64,000 nucleotides of DNA, taken from contig CAVPSB010000049.1 in assembly GCA_963708025.1 (NCBI GenBank), positions 128,001 to 192,000 on the forward strand. The letters are read 5' to 3'. Source of the DNA: an uncultured Candidatus Rokubacteria bacterium. GTDB lineage: Bacteria > Methylomirabilota > Methylomirabilia > Rokubacteriales > DASRDR01. Position numbers and translations under genes: made by a program. The number at the start of each line of letters is the position of its first letter. Within the stretch, counting starts at the first letter, position 1. The notes under the pieces were generated by a model, which was given only the letters and a program-made list of their open reading frames with translations, searched no databases and was not told the DNA's origin. This document shows, in pieces, positions 1 through 8,740 of the stretch.

Positions 1-624
1 GCCGGCCAGCGCGGCGGGCTCGAGCGCGCGGCTCACCGCGGCGACCTCGGTCGCGTCGGCGCTCGACGCCAGCTTCGCGTCGACGGCCGCCAGCCACTCG
101 ATCAGCCGGGCCCGCCGCCCGTCCAGGTCGCGGAACTCCGGCGCGGTGAGCGTCAGGGCCAGCCGGCGCGCCGCCTCCTCCGCCGCGGTGACCTCTCCCG
201 GCGCCCGCCCGCGCCACCGGGCGATCTGCCGGGCCGCCGCGATCGCGGCCCCGGCCCGCTGCTCCAGCTCCCGGTTGGTCGGCTCCAGCTCTTCGGCGCG
301 GAGCGCGGCCAGCCGCACCCGCGCCGCCGCCTGGGGCGGCACCGGTCGCTCCGGTTCGGTGAGCGGGGCGAGCCGGCTCCGGAGCCAGGCCCACTCGTCC
401 ACGTCATAGCTCGCCGCCGGCGGCTCCCGCAGCCAGCCGAGCCGCTCCGAGCATGCCCCCGCGGCCACGACGAGCCCGAGGACGAGCCATGCCGCCCCGC
501 GCGTGCGACGCCGCCACGCGAGGATCGCGACGAGGGTCGCGACCCAGAATCCGCCGAGGGCCAGGTTGAGCGCGCTGGCGGCGAAGACCACGAAGAGGAT
601 CGCCGCGAGGAGCCCGGCCCTCAG
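1..624 (-). CDS. Hypothetical membrane protein, 3' end beyond window; start codon displaced by repeat insertion
   Basis: Own translation, not in the ORF track: (L)RAGLLAAILFVVFAASALNLALGGFWVATLVAILAWRRR...SYDVDEWAWLRSRL..., open to base 1 with GC3-rich codons. An in-frame GTG exists at 669 inside the repeat. Confidence 0.65.
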   Translation of the reverse strand, partial: MRAGLLAAILFVVFAASALNLALGGFWVATLVAILAWRRRTRGAAWLVLGLVVAAGACSERLGWLREPPAASYDVDEWAWLRSRLAPLTEPERPVPPQAAARVRLAALRAEELEPTNRELEQRAGAAIAAARQIARWRGRAPGEVTAAEEAARRLALTLTAPEFRDLDGRRARLIEWLAAVDAKLASSADATEVAAVSRALEPAALAG

Positions 625-908
625 TTCGGGACCTCCCGCCCACCCCCCCAACCCCCCTCCCCCACCCACTGGGGGGAGGGGGGAGTCGGACGACCCATTC
701 CTTCACACGCTCTCAGTTCGGGACCTCCCGCCCACCCGATCCTTCGGACGGCCTTCGGCCTTTGGCGACGGCCTTCGGCCCCCCTCCCCTACCGACGCTT
801 TCTTCACGCTCTCGGTTCGGGACCTCCCGCCTACCCCCCCAACCCCCCTCCCCCACCCACTGGGGGGGAGGGGGGAGCCGGAGAACCCCATTCCTTCACA
901 CGCTCTCA
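620..908 (-). repeat. Repeat family A, three tandem units (620-711, 712-810, 811-904)
   Basis: Each unit starts CTC(A/G)GTTCGGGACCTCCCGCC(C/T)ACCC and ends TT(C/T)CTTCA(CA)CGCT; CTCA flanks both ends of the array. Confidence 0.9.
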
Positions 909-1469
909 CCGCCGGAGCCGCGCGATGGTCGCCCCCCAGCCGCCACGCTCGGCGGGCGCGTCCCCGAACGCGACGACCAGGGAGGAGGCCGCCAGCAGGC
1001 GGCGCACTGCCTCCCGCTGCACCCCGCGCCCCCGGCCGTGGATCAGGCGAACCTCGTGGAGCCCGGCCGCGTGAGCCCGCGCCAGGTACTCGCCGATGAC
1101 GTCGGTGATCTCCGACGGCGTGAACGGATGGAGATCGAGGGCGTCCTCGAGCGGAACCGGCACCGCCTCGATGGTCACCGGGGTACCCGGCCGGATGGCG
1201 CCCCCCTCGACGACACGCGCCGCGCGCGGGGCGCCCACCTCGTCGGAGTCGACGATGCCACCGGCGGCGACCGGCAGCTCGGCTCCCACCAGCTCCACCA
1301 CCGCCTCGCCGACCCGGAGTCGCGTCCCGGCCACCAGCTCCGCCAGCGGGAGGCCGGTGACGACGAGGGTCTCGCCGAGCTCCCCGGGCGGAAGATCGAG
1401 GCGCTCGCGGATCTCGCCGCCGCCGCGCCACACCGCCGTCACGCGGCCAACAGGCAGGCCCTCTCCCAC
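906..1469 (-). CDS. Smr/MutS2-domain protein with an N-terminal MOSC-like beta domain
   Basis: C-terminal LDLHPF...IHGRGRGVQR...GGWGAT Smr signature; N-terminal PGELGETLVVTGL...GTRLRVGEAVVEL...VVEGGAIRPG resembles MOSC. Start uncertain. Confidence 0.7.
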   Translation of the reverse strand: MGEGLPVGRVTAVWRGGGEIRERLDLPPGELGETLVVTGLPLAELVAGTRLRVGEAVVELVGAELPVAAGGIVDSDEVGAPRAARVVEGGAIRPGTPVTIEAVPVPLEDALDLHPFTPSEITDVIGEYLARAHAAGLHEVRLIHGRGRGVQREAVRRLLAASSLVVAFGDAPAERGGWGATIARLRR

Positions 1470-1523
1470 CGACCTACCCTGCCGTCCCCACGCCGTGCAG
1501 TCTCCTTCGCCCGCTACTATACA

Positions 1524-3392
1524 ATGGCGCTCGTGGCGACCGTCCCGGTCACCTTCCTCCCGGACGACCGGACCGTGCCGGCCGAGCCGGGAACGCCGCT
1601 GCTCCGTGCCGCCCACGCTCACCACGTCGACATCACCGCCACCTGCGGCGGGCGCGGTCGGTGCACGTCCTGCCGGGTCAAGTTCGTCGCGGGCACCGTG
1701 CCGCCGCCCACCATCAGCGACGAGCTGCAGCTCGGCGCCGACCTCGTCCGCGAGGGATACCGCCTCGCCTGCCAGGCGCTCGCGACCGAGCCCGTCACCG
1801 TGCAGGTCGCGCCGGCACTGGAGGAGCGCGCGTTCCAGATCCTGGACACCGCCCGCGACCCGGGCGCCCTGACCCGGGTCACCCTGGACTCCGGCGTCCG
1901 CAAGCGCCACCTCCGCGTCGAGCTGCCTCGCGAAGAGCGCCACCAGACCTCGGATCTCGAGCAGCTCTGCCGGATCGCGGGGATGGCCCCCGAGACGATG
2001 CCCCTGGAGGTGGTCCGCACGCTGCCCGCGACCCTGCGCGAGGCCAAGGGCGAGGTGACGGTGGTCAGCTTCCTCGATGCGCCCCTCGGCGTCGAGCGGG
2101 GAGACACGACGGCGATGGCGTTCGGGCTAGCGGTGGATGTCGGCACGACGAGCGTCGTCACCGCCCTGCTCGAGCTGGCCTCCGGCGAGGTCATGGCCTC
2201 CGTCTCGAGCCTCAACCCCCAGGCGGTGTTCGGCGGCGACCTGATGAGCCGGATCGCCTTCGCCCAGTGGAACCCGGCCAACCTCCGGAAGCTCCAGTCC
2301 CGGATCCTCGGCCTCCTCAACCAGCAGATCGACGAGGTCCTCGATCGCGCCGGCGTCCTCCCCCAGTGGGTCTACAAGGTCACCGTGGTGGGCAACACGT
2401 GCATGCACCACGTGCTCCTCGGGATCGACCCGACCCACGTCGGCCTCGCGCCCTATGCCCCGGTGCTCCGGCATCCGGTGATCCTCCCCGCCCGCACGCT
2501 CCACCTCAAGGTGAACCCGGAGGCGCGCGTGTGCTTCCTCCCGATCGTCGCGGGCTTCGTGGGCGCCGACGCCGTCGCCGTCGCCCTGGCCACGCGGATC
2601 TACGACAGCCCGGTCGCCCGGGCCGCCGTGGACATCGGGACCAACGGCGAGGTGATCATGGGCACGCGCGACCGGCTCTTCGCCTGCTCGGCGCCGGCCG
2701 GCCCGGCGCTGGAAGGCGCGCAGATCCGCCACGGCATGCGGGGCGCGCTGGGAGCCATCGACCGCGTGTGGCTCGAGGACGGCACCCTCCGCTGGCACGT
2801 CATCGGTGAGGCGGCGCCGCAGGGCATCGCGGGATCCGGGCTCATCGACGCGGTCGCGACGGCCCTCGACGCCGGCCTGATCGACTGGACCGGGCTGATC
2901 CGCGTGGAGGCTCGGGAGGCGCTGCCGCCGGGCCTGCGGGCGGCGGTCGAGCTGCGCGGCGAGGAGCGGGTCCTGATCCTGGTACCCCGGGGCCAGGCGG
3001 CAGGGGAGGGCGAGATCGTCCTCTCCCAGGAGGACATCCGCCAGGTCCAGCTCGCCAAGGGCGCCATCGCCGGGGGCATCCGGATGCTCCAGCACGTCCT
3101 CGGGCTCGGCGAGGGAGAGCTGGCCGAGCTAATGCTGGCCGGCGGCTTCGGCAACTACCTGTCGGCGCGCAGCGCGGTCCGGATCGGGCTCATCCCGCCG
3201 CTGCCGCTCGAGCGCATCCGCTACGTGGGCAACGCCGCCGCGCTCGGGGCCCAGCTCGCTCTGCTCTCGGAGCCGGAGCGGGCGCGGGCCGAGGGCCTGG
3301 CCCGGCGGATCGAGCACGTCTCCCTCGCCGCCCACCCGGACTTCCAGGACATCTTCGTGGATTCGATGAACTTCCCGGCCGGCTCCGGATGA
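1524..3392 (+). CDS. ASKHA-domain protein with N-terminal 2Fe-2S ferredoxin (RACo-type reductive activator of corrinoid proteins)
   Basis: CGGRGRCTSC...RLACQ, DVGTT, NPQ..FGGDLMSRI, DIGTNGE, APAGPALEG, QLAKGAI, AGGFG motifs. Confidence 0.88.
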   Translation: MALVATVPVTFLPDDRTVPAEPGTPLLRAAHAHHVDITATCGGRGRCTSCRVKFVAGTVPPPTISDELQLGADLVREGYRLACQALATEPVTVQVAPALEERAFQILDTARDPGALTRVTLDSGVRKRHLRVELPREERHQTSDLEQLCRIAGMAPETMPLEVVRTLPATLREAKGEVTVVSFLDAPLGVERGDTTAMAFGLAVDVGTTSVVTALLELASGEVMASVSSLNPQAVFGGDLMSRIAFAQWNPANLRKLQSRILGLLNQQIDEVLDRAGVLPQWVYKVTVVGNTCMHHVLLGIDPTHVGLAPYAPVLRHPVILPARTLHLKVNPEARVCFLPIVAGFVGADAVAVALATRIYDSPVARAAVDIGTNGEVIMGTRDRLFACSAPAGPALEGAQIRHGMRGALGAIDRVWLEDGTLRWHVIGEAAPQGIAGSGLIDAVATALDAGLIDWTGLIRVEAREALPPGLRAAVELRGEERVLILVPRGQAAGEGEIVLSQEDIRQVQLAKGAIAGGIRMLQHVLGLGEGELAELMLAGGFGNYLSARSAVRIGLIPPLPLERIRYVGNAAALGAQLALLSEPERARAEGLARRIEHVSLAAHPDFQDIFVDSMNFPAGSG

Positions 3393-3477
3393 TAGCCCAC
3401 CGGCGGCCTCGACAGAAGCGTGTCGGGTATCGGTAGGCCGTCGCTTGCCGTGCTCGGCCTCGAGCCGCGTCCGAGCG

Positions 3478-3541
3478 CCGGCTTCGCCGGCGCAACCGAG
3501 GGGGGGAATCGGGGGGGTCTTCCGAGACACCCCCGAAGGAT
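3478..3541 (-). repeat. Repeat family C, partial copy directly after the lysA stop
   Basis: Shares GGCTTCGCCG...ATCGGGGGGGTCTTCCGAGAC.CC..CGAAG with 17066-17128 and 23667-23720. Confidence 0.75.
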
Positions 3542-4780
3542 CTAGACCTCGTTGGCCCAGACCTGCTCCAGGGACTGGCGCCGGCGAAGCAGCCGGAGGG
3601 TCCCGTCCGGCTCCAGCATGACCTCGGGCGCCTGGGGGTACGAGTTGTAGTTGACCGTGGACATCGCCGCGCAGTAGGCGCCGGCCCCGCCCACGACCAC
3701 GAGGTCGCCGATCTCCGGGCGCGGGACCCGGCGCGGGGCCAGGGCTTCGGGGTCGCCGGGGGCCGGGGTCAGGATGTCGCCCGACTCGCAGCACGGGCCG
3801 ACGAAGACGACGTCGGCCTTCCCGCGGCCCTCGGCCAGGACGTGGATCGGGTGCTGGGCGCCGTAGAGGGACGGGCGCGTCACCTCGGGCATCCCGGTGT
3901 CGAGCTTGGCGAAGGAATAGCCGTCGCGCCCGGTGTCGACCACGTTGACGCACGTCGCGACCACGAAGCCGGCGGTGGCGACCAGATAGGTCCCGGGCTC
4001 GATCTCCAGCCGGAGGGCCCGCCCGTCGCGGTCGCGGAACGCGAGCAACTCCTGCCGCACGTGCTCGCCCACGTCGGCCAGATCCACGGTCGGCTCCCCC
4101 GGCATCCGGCCGACCTTGAAGCCGCCACCCAGGTTCACCACCGCCACTTCGGGAAGCTTGGCGGCGAGGTCGAGCGTCATGCGCGTCACGCGCTTCCACA
4201 CCTCGGGGTCCGTTCCCGACCCGATGTGACTGTGGAGCCCCGTGATCCGCACGCCGGACCGTTCGGCGATCGTCTTCACGTCACCCAGATACTCGTGCCA
4301 GACGCCGAAGCTCGAGGCGGGACCGCCGGTGTTGGTGCGGTTGGTGGACCCGCTGCCGAGGCCGGGGTTCATCCGGACCGAGACCTCCTGGCCGGGGGCG
4401 AGGCGGCCGAACTCCTCGAGCTGGTGGAGCGAGCAGGCGTTGAATCGCACGCCGCGGGCGAGGTGCTCGGTCAGCCGGCGCGAGGGCATCTGGGAAGTGA
4501 GCTGGATCGTCTGGGGCGGGAACCCCGCCCGGAGGGCACGCTCGACCTCGGGGTCGCTGGAGGCGTCGATGTGGAGGCCGAGATCGCGGAACACGGCCAG
4601 CACGCCGTGGCTCGGGTTGGCTTTCATCGCGTAGCGCAGCGTGAGCCCGAAGGGCGCCGGGAAGGCCAGGGCGCGGCGGGCGGCCGCCTCGAGGCCGGTG
4701 CGATCGTAGACGTAGCACGGCGTGCCGAAGCGGTCGCGCACCTCGGTGGCCTGCTCGCGGGTCAGCGCGGTCGGGCTCAT
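3542..4780 (-). CDS. lysA: Diaminopimelate decarboxylase
   Basis: YAMKAN PLP lysine, HSHIGSG, NLGGGF, EPGTY, GPCCESGD, GAYCAAMS.NYNS; AGGAGG RBS. Confidence 0.9.
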   Translation of the reverse strand: MSPTALTREQATEVRDRFGTPCYVYDRTGLEAAARRALAFPAPFGLTLRYAMKANPSHGVLAVFRDLGLHIDASSDPEVERALRAGFPPQTIQLTSQMPSRRLTEHLARGVRFNACSLHQLEEFGRLAPGQEVSVRMNPGLGSGSTNRTNTGGPASSFGVWHEYLGDVKTIAERSGVRITGLHSHIGSGTDPEVWKRVTRMTLDLAAKLPEVAVVNLGGGFKVGRMPGEPTVDLADVGEHVRQELLAFRDRDGRALRLEIEPGTYLVATAGFVVATCVNVVDTGRDGYSFAKLDTGMPEVTRPSLYGAQHPIHVLAEGRGKADVVFVGPCCESGDILTPAPGDPEALAPRRVPRPEIGDLVVVGGAGAYCAAMSTVNYNSYPQAPEVMLEPDGTLRLLRRRQSLEQVWANEV

Positions 4781-4817
4781 CGTCCCTCCTGGTGAAACGG
4801 CCGGCGGCGCCACGTCG

Positions 4818-5885
4818 TCATCGCGCGACGTTGAAGCGAAAGTGGCACATCTCCCCGTCCTTGACGGGATACTCCTTGCCTTCCAAGCGCAGCGTCGCCC
4901 GCTTGCGGGCCTCCGCCAGCGACCCGGCCTCGAGCAGCTCCTGCCAGCCGATGACCTCCGCCCGGATGAAGCCGCGGGCGATGTCGGAGTGGACGGCGCC
5001 GGCGGCCTCGAGCGCCGTCGCGCCAGCCGGGATCGTCCAGGCCCGGACCTCGTCCTCCCCGACGGTGAAGAAGCTTGCGAGCCCGAGGAGCGCGTAGGCG
5101 TCGCGGATCACGCGGTGGAGCGCCGGCTCCGGGAGCCCGAGCGCGTCGAGGAACGCCGTCTGCTCGTCGGGCGGCAGCGCCGCCACCTCGGCCTCGACCA
5201 CCGCCGAGACCCAGCCGATCATCGTCCCCGGCCGTGTCGCCACCTTGGCGAGCGTCGCCAGCCACTCGTCGCGCCGCGGCACGTCGGCCTCGGCCAGGTT
5301 CAGGCAGTGGAGGACCGGCTTCAGCGAGAGGAGCTGGAAGCCGCGAACGAGCAGGAGGTCGTCGGCCGACAGCGACTGGGCGCGCAGGGACACGCCCTCC
5401 TCCAGCGGGCCCTTGAGCCGGGCCAGCACCGCCTCCTGGCGCTGCTCGACGTCCGTCGGCTTCCGCTTGAGCCCCTTGCCCAGCTTCTCGAGGCGGCGTT
5501 CGACGACCTCGAGGTCGGCGAGGATCAGCTCCTCCTCGAGCGCCGTGACGTCCCGGGCCGGGTCCGGAGGCTCGGCCAGCGCCGGCGACGGGAAGGCGCG
5601 CACGACGTGGAGCAGGGCGTCGGCATTGCGGAGGTCGCCCACGTCCAGACCGGACCGCTGGCCACGGTCGAAGCCCGCCAGGTTGACGACGTCCACGGCG
5701 GCGAACACCACCCGCTCCGGCTTGAAGAGCGCCGCCAGCCGCGTCACCCGGTCGTCTGGCACCCGGGCCACGCCGACGTGGAGCTCGCCGCGGGAGACCC
5801 GCCGCACGGCGGCGTCGGCGCCGGTCAGCAGGTTGAACAGGGTGGTCTTGCCGGTCTGAGGAAACCCGATGATGCCCAGTTTCAT
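4818..5885 (-). CDS. ychF: YchF/OLA1-family ATPase
   Basis: MKLGIIGFPQTGKTTLFN, VPDDRV, FFTVGEDEVRAW, HSDIARGFIRAEV, LEGKEYPVKDG. Confidence 0.9.
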   Translation of the reverse strand: MKLGIIGFPQTGKTTLFNLLTGADAAVRRVSRGELHVGVARVPDDRVTRLAALFKPERVVFAAVDVVNLAGFDRGQRSGLDVGDLRNADALLHVVRAFPSPALAEPPDPARDVTALEEELILADLEVVERRLEKLGKGLKRKPTDVEQRQEAVLARLKGPLEEGVSLRAQSLSADDLLLVRGFQLLSLKPVLHCLNLAEADVPRRDEWLATLAKVATRPGTMIGWVSAVVEAEVAALPPDEQTAFLDALGLPEPALHRVIRDAYALLGLASFFTVGEDEVRAWTIPAGATALEAAGAVHSDIARGFIRAEVIGWQELLEAGSLAEARKRATLRLEGKEYPVKDGEMCHFRFNVAR

Positions 5886-5968
5886 GGCGTCCTGCAGCGT
5901 ACGCGAGGCCAACCGGGTTGTCCAGCGCGGGACCCCGCCGCCGGACCCGATCCGGGTCGCGCGGATCG

Positions 5969-7156
5969 TCAGGACGTGACGGTGAGCAGTCCGCGGGTGT
6001 GCCGGGCGATCATCAGCTCCTCGTTGGTGGGAACGACGAGCACGTGAACGGCGCTGTCCTCTGTGTGCAGCACGGTCTGGCTGGCCGCGTTGGCATCCGG
6101 ATCGATCCGGATCCCGAGCCAGCCCGCCAGCTCGGCGACGCGCGCCCGCACCGGCGCCGCGTGCTCGCCGATCCCGCCCGTGAACACGACGGCGTCGAGT
6201 CCGCCGAGCGCGGCGGTCAGCGACCCCAGCTCCCGCGCCACGCGGTAGCAGAAGTACTCGACGGCCTCGACGGCGCCGGCCTCGCGACTGCTCAGCAGGT
6301 CGCGCATGTCGGCGCTGACGCCGGAGATCCCCAGCAGCCCCGAGCGGTGGTAGAGCAGCTCGGTCAGTCCTTCGACGGTCATCTTCCCGTGATCCAGGAG
6401 GTGCAGCAGGACGCCGGGGTCGATGGATCCGCACCGGGTGCCCATGGGCAAGCCCTCCAGCGCGGTGAAGCCCATGGTGGTCGCCACGCTGCGCCCGGCC
6501 CGCATCGCGCACAGGCTGGCGCCGTTGCCCAGGTGGCAGACCACGGTCCGGCCGGAGGCCGCCCGCCCGTTGACGTCCGGCAGCCGCGTGGCGACGTACT
6601 CGTAGGAGAGGCCGTGGAAGCCGTAGCGCTTGATGCCCTGGTCGAAGCTGGAGCGCGGGAGGCCGTACAGCCGCTCGATGCGGGACTGCGTGGCATGGAA
6701 GGCCGTATCGAAGCAGACGACTTGGGGCAGGTCGGGGAATCGCCGGGCCAGGAAACGGATGGGGGCCAGGTTGTGCGGCTGGTGCAGCGGCGCCAGCGGG
6801 ACGAGCGCCTCCAGCCGTTCCAGCAGCTCGGCCGTGACCCGGGCGGGCGCGACGAGCGAGTCGCCGCCATGCACGACGCGGTGACCGATCGCCCGAGGCC
6901 GGAGCAGGGGCTGGGCCGTGTCCAGCCACTCGAAGAGCCATTCCAGGGCCTGTCCGTGATCCCGGGCCGGGATCGAGCCGTCGTAGAGGTCGGCCCCCTC
7001 CGCGTCCCGGATCCTGGCATGAGGCGCTGCGGCCTGCGAGGGGCCGAGGCGATCGATCAGGCCCTTGCAGGCCGCCTGCTCACCTCTCAGGATCGAGAAC
7101 TTGAGCGTGGCGGAGCCGGCGTTGACGACGGCGATCAGATCGCGCTCCGGAGGCAT
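5969..7156 (-). CDS. ackA: Acetate/propionate kinase
   Basis: [62 protein letters not shown]. Confidence 0.95.
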   Translation of the reverse strand: MPPERDLIAVVNAGSATLKFSILRGEQAACKGLIDRLGPSQAAAPHARIRDAEGADLYDGSIPARDHGQALEWLFEWLDTAQPLLRPRAIGHRVVHGGDSLVAPARVTAELLERLEALVPLAPLHQPHNLAPIRFLARRFPDLPQVVCFDTAFHATQSRIERLYGLPRSSFDQGIKRYGFHGLSYEYVATRLPDVNGRAASGRTVVCHLGNGASLCAMRAGRSVATTMGFTALEGLPMGTRCGSIDPGVLLHLLDHGKMTVEGLTELLYHRSGLLGISGVSADMRDLLSSREAGAVEAVEYFCYRVARELGSLTAALGGLDAVVFTGGIGEHAAPVRARVAELAGWLGIRIDPDANAASQTVLHTEDSAVHVLVVPTNEELMIARHTRGLLTVTS

Positions 7157-7171
7157 GACCGGTGCTCCAGA

Positions 7172-7512
7172 AGGGCCCCTTCTCCTTGTAGCCGCGGACG
7201 TGGATGTTGGCGTGGTTGGCGCGACGGTAGGTCAGCCGGTGGATCAGCGTGGGATAGCCGTGGAAGTTGAAGACGACCGGCTTGTCCCGCGTGAACAGGC
7301 TGTCGAAGTCGCGGTCGCTCAGGCCGTGCTGGTGCTCCCCGGCCGGCTGGAGCTTGAAGAGGTCCACCACGTTGACGAACCGGATCCTCAGGTCGGGGAA
7401 CTCCTGACGGAGCAGCGTGGTCGCCGCCAGGGCTTCCAGGGTCGGGATGACGGTGGCTGGGCTCGTCGGGTCAGCAGGGCGGGCCTTGGCGTCCGTGGCG
7501 GCGTGAGTCATG
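7172..7512 (-). pseudogene. xfp: Phosphoketolase remnant (~90 aa of the C-terminal domain)
   Basis: PTLEALAA...[63 protein letters not shown]; full enzymes are ~790 aa; lies upstream of ackA. Confidence 0.85.
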
Positions 7513-7783
7513 GGCGTGCACCTCATCCCGAGCCGGCGCCGCCGCGGTCGCGGCGGAGCCGGCGCGTCGAATCGATTCGCGGGCGAGACCGGCATCGGGG
7601 CCGCTCGTCATCATGTCGTCATGTTCCAGCGAGTCGCTCGGCCCCGTCGTCTCTTCTCCAGATATACCGGGGTCCACACGTTGTCAAATGGGATCTCCCG
7701 GACACCGGGCCCGGCGGCGCGGTGGCCCGCGATCCGTGCCTCTGCTACAGTGAAGACGCCATGCCCGCGGACGTCCGCGCCCG

Positions 7784-8740
7784 GTGAGCCGACCGCGCGA
7801 GCTCGACGCGCCGGCCATCGGCCTGGTCCTCTTGCTCTCGGCGCTCTGGGGCGGCAACACGGTCGCGATCAAGGTCGGTCTCCTCGACGCCCCCCCGCTC
7901 GCGCTCGGCTGGATGCGCTTCGTTTTGGGCGGGATCTGTGTCCTCGCCTGGGGCTGGTGGATCCGGGCGCCGTTCCGGCCGCGACCCGACGAGCTGCCGC
8001 CGCTCCTCGGCCTCGGACTCCTGTTCGCGATCCAGCTCGGGCTCCTCAACGTGGGCACCTGGCTCTCCACCGCCGGCCACGCCGCCGTGCTGCTCAACGC
8101 CTACCCGGTCCACGTCGTGGTGATCGCACACTTCCTGGTACCGGGCGACCGGCTCACCGCGGCCAAGCTGGGCGGCGTCCTCCTGGGTTACGGCGGGATC
8201 CTTCTCCTCTTCTGGGACCAGCTCGCCACGCTGCGCGTCACGGACCCCCGTGTCCTGGCCGGCGACCTCACGCTCTCCGTGAGCGCGCTGCTCCTCGGGC
8301 TCCGCCAGGTGATCCTGAGCCGCCAGCTCCAGTCCATCCACCCCGCCAAGCCCCTCCTCGCCCAGGTCGTCATCGGGACGCCGCTCTGTGTGCTCCTCTC
8401 GCTCTGGTTCGAGCCGCAGACCTTCCACTACACGGCGCGGCTCGCCGGATCCCTCTTCTACCAGGGCATCCTCGTGGCCGGCTTCAACTTCATCGCGCTG
8501 ATGTGGGTGCTCAAGGTCTACCGGCCGAGCGCGGTGGCCGCCTTCTCGCTGACGACGCCGCTCTTCGGCGTGGCGGCGACCGCCTTCTGGCTGGCCGAGC
8601 CGATCACGTGGACGCTCGCCGCCTCGGCGGTCCTGGTCGCCGGCGGGATCGCGCTGGCCAGCCTTCGCCCCGAGCCGGGCCCGGCGCCGGCCGCGGTCGC
8701 GGTCACCCCCGAGCCGGGGCGGCCCCGGACATCGCCGTGA
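7784..8740 (+). CDS. DMT/EamA-family transporter
   Basis: About 10 hydrophobic segments; LWGGN..AIK, two EamA repeats. Confidence 0.85.
   Translation: MSRPRELDAPAIGLVLLLSALWGGNTVAIKVGLLDAPPLALGWMRFVLGGICVLAWGWWIRAPFRPRPDELPPLLGLGLLFAIQLGLLNVGTWLSTAGHAAVLLNAYPVHVVVIAHFLVPGDRLTAAKLGGVLLGYGGILLLFWDQLATLRVTDPRVLAGDLTLSVSALLLGLRQVILSRQLQSIHPAKPLLAQVVIGTPLCVLLSLWFEPQTFHYTARLAGSLFYQGILVAGFNFIALMWVLKVYRPSAVAAFSLTTPLFGVAATAFWLAEPITWTLAASAVLVAGGIALASLRPEPGPAPAAVAVTPEPGRPRTSP

Noticed and set aside
620-908. CRISPR-like appearance of the triple tandem
   Set aside because: The intervening segments of units 1 and 3 are near-identical, units recur singly elsewhere, and there are no cas genes.
4818-7156. 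Apparent 707-aa ORF fusing ackA-region sequence to ychF
   Set aside because: The upstream part is an off-frame read of ackA; YchF begins at 5885.
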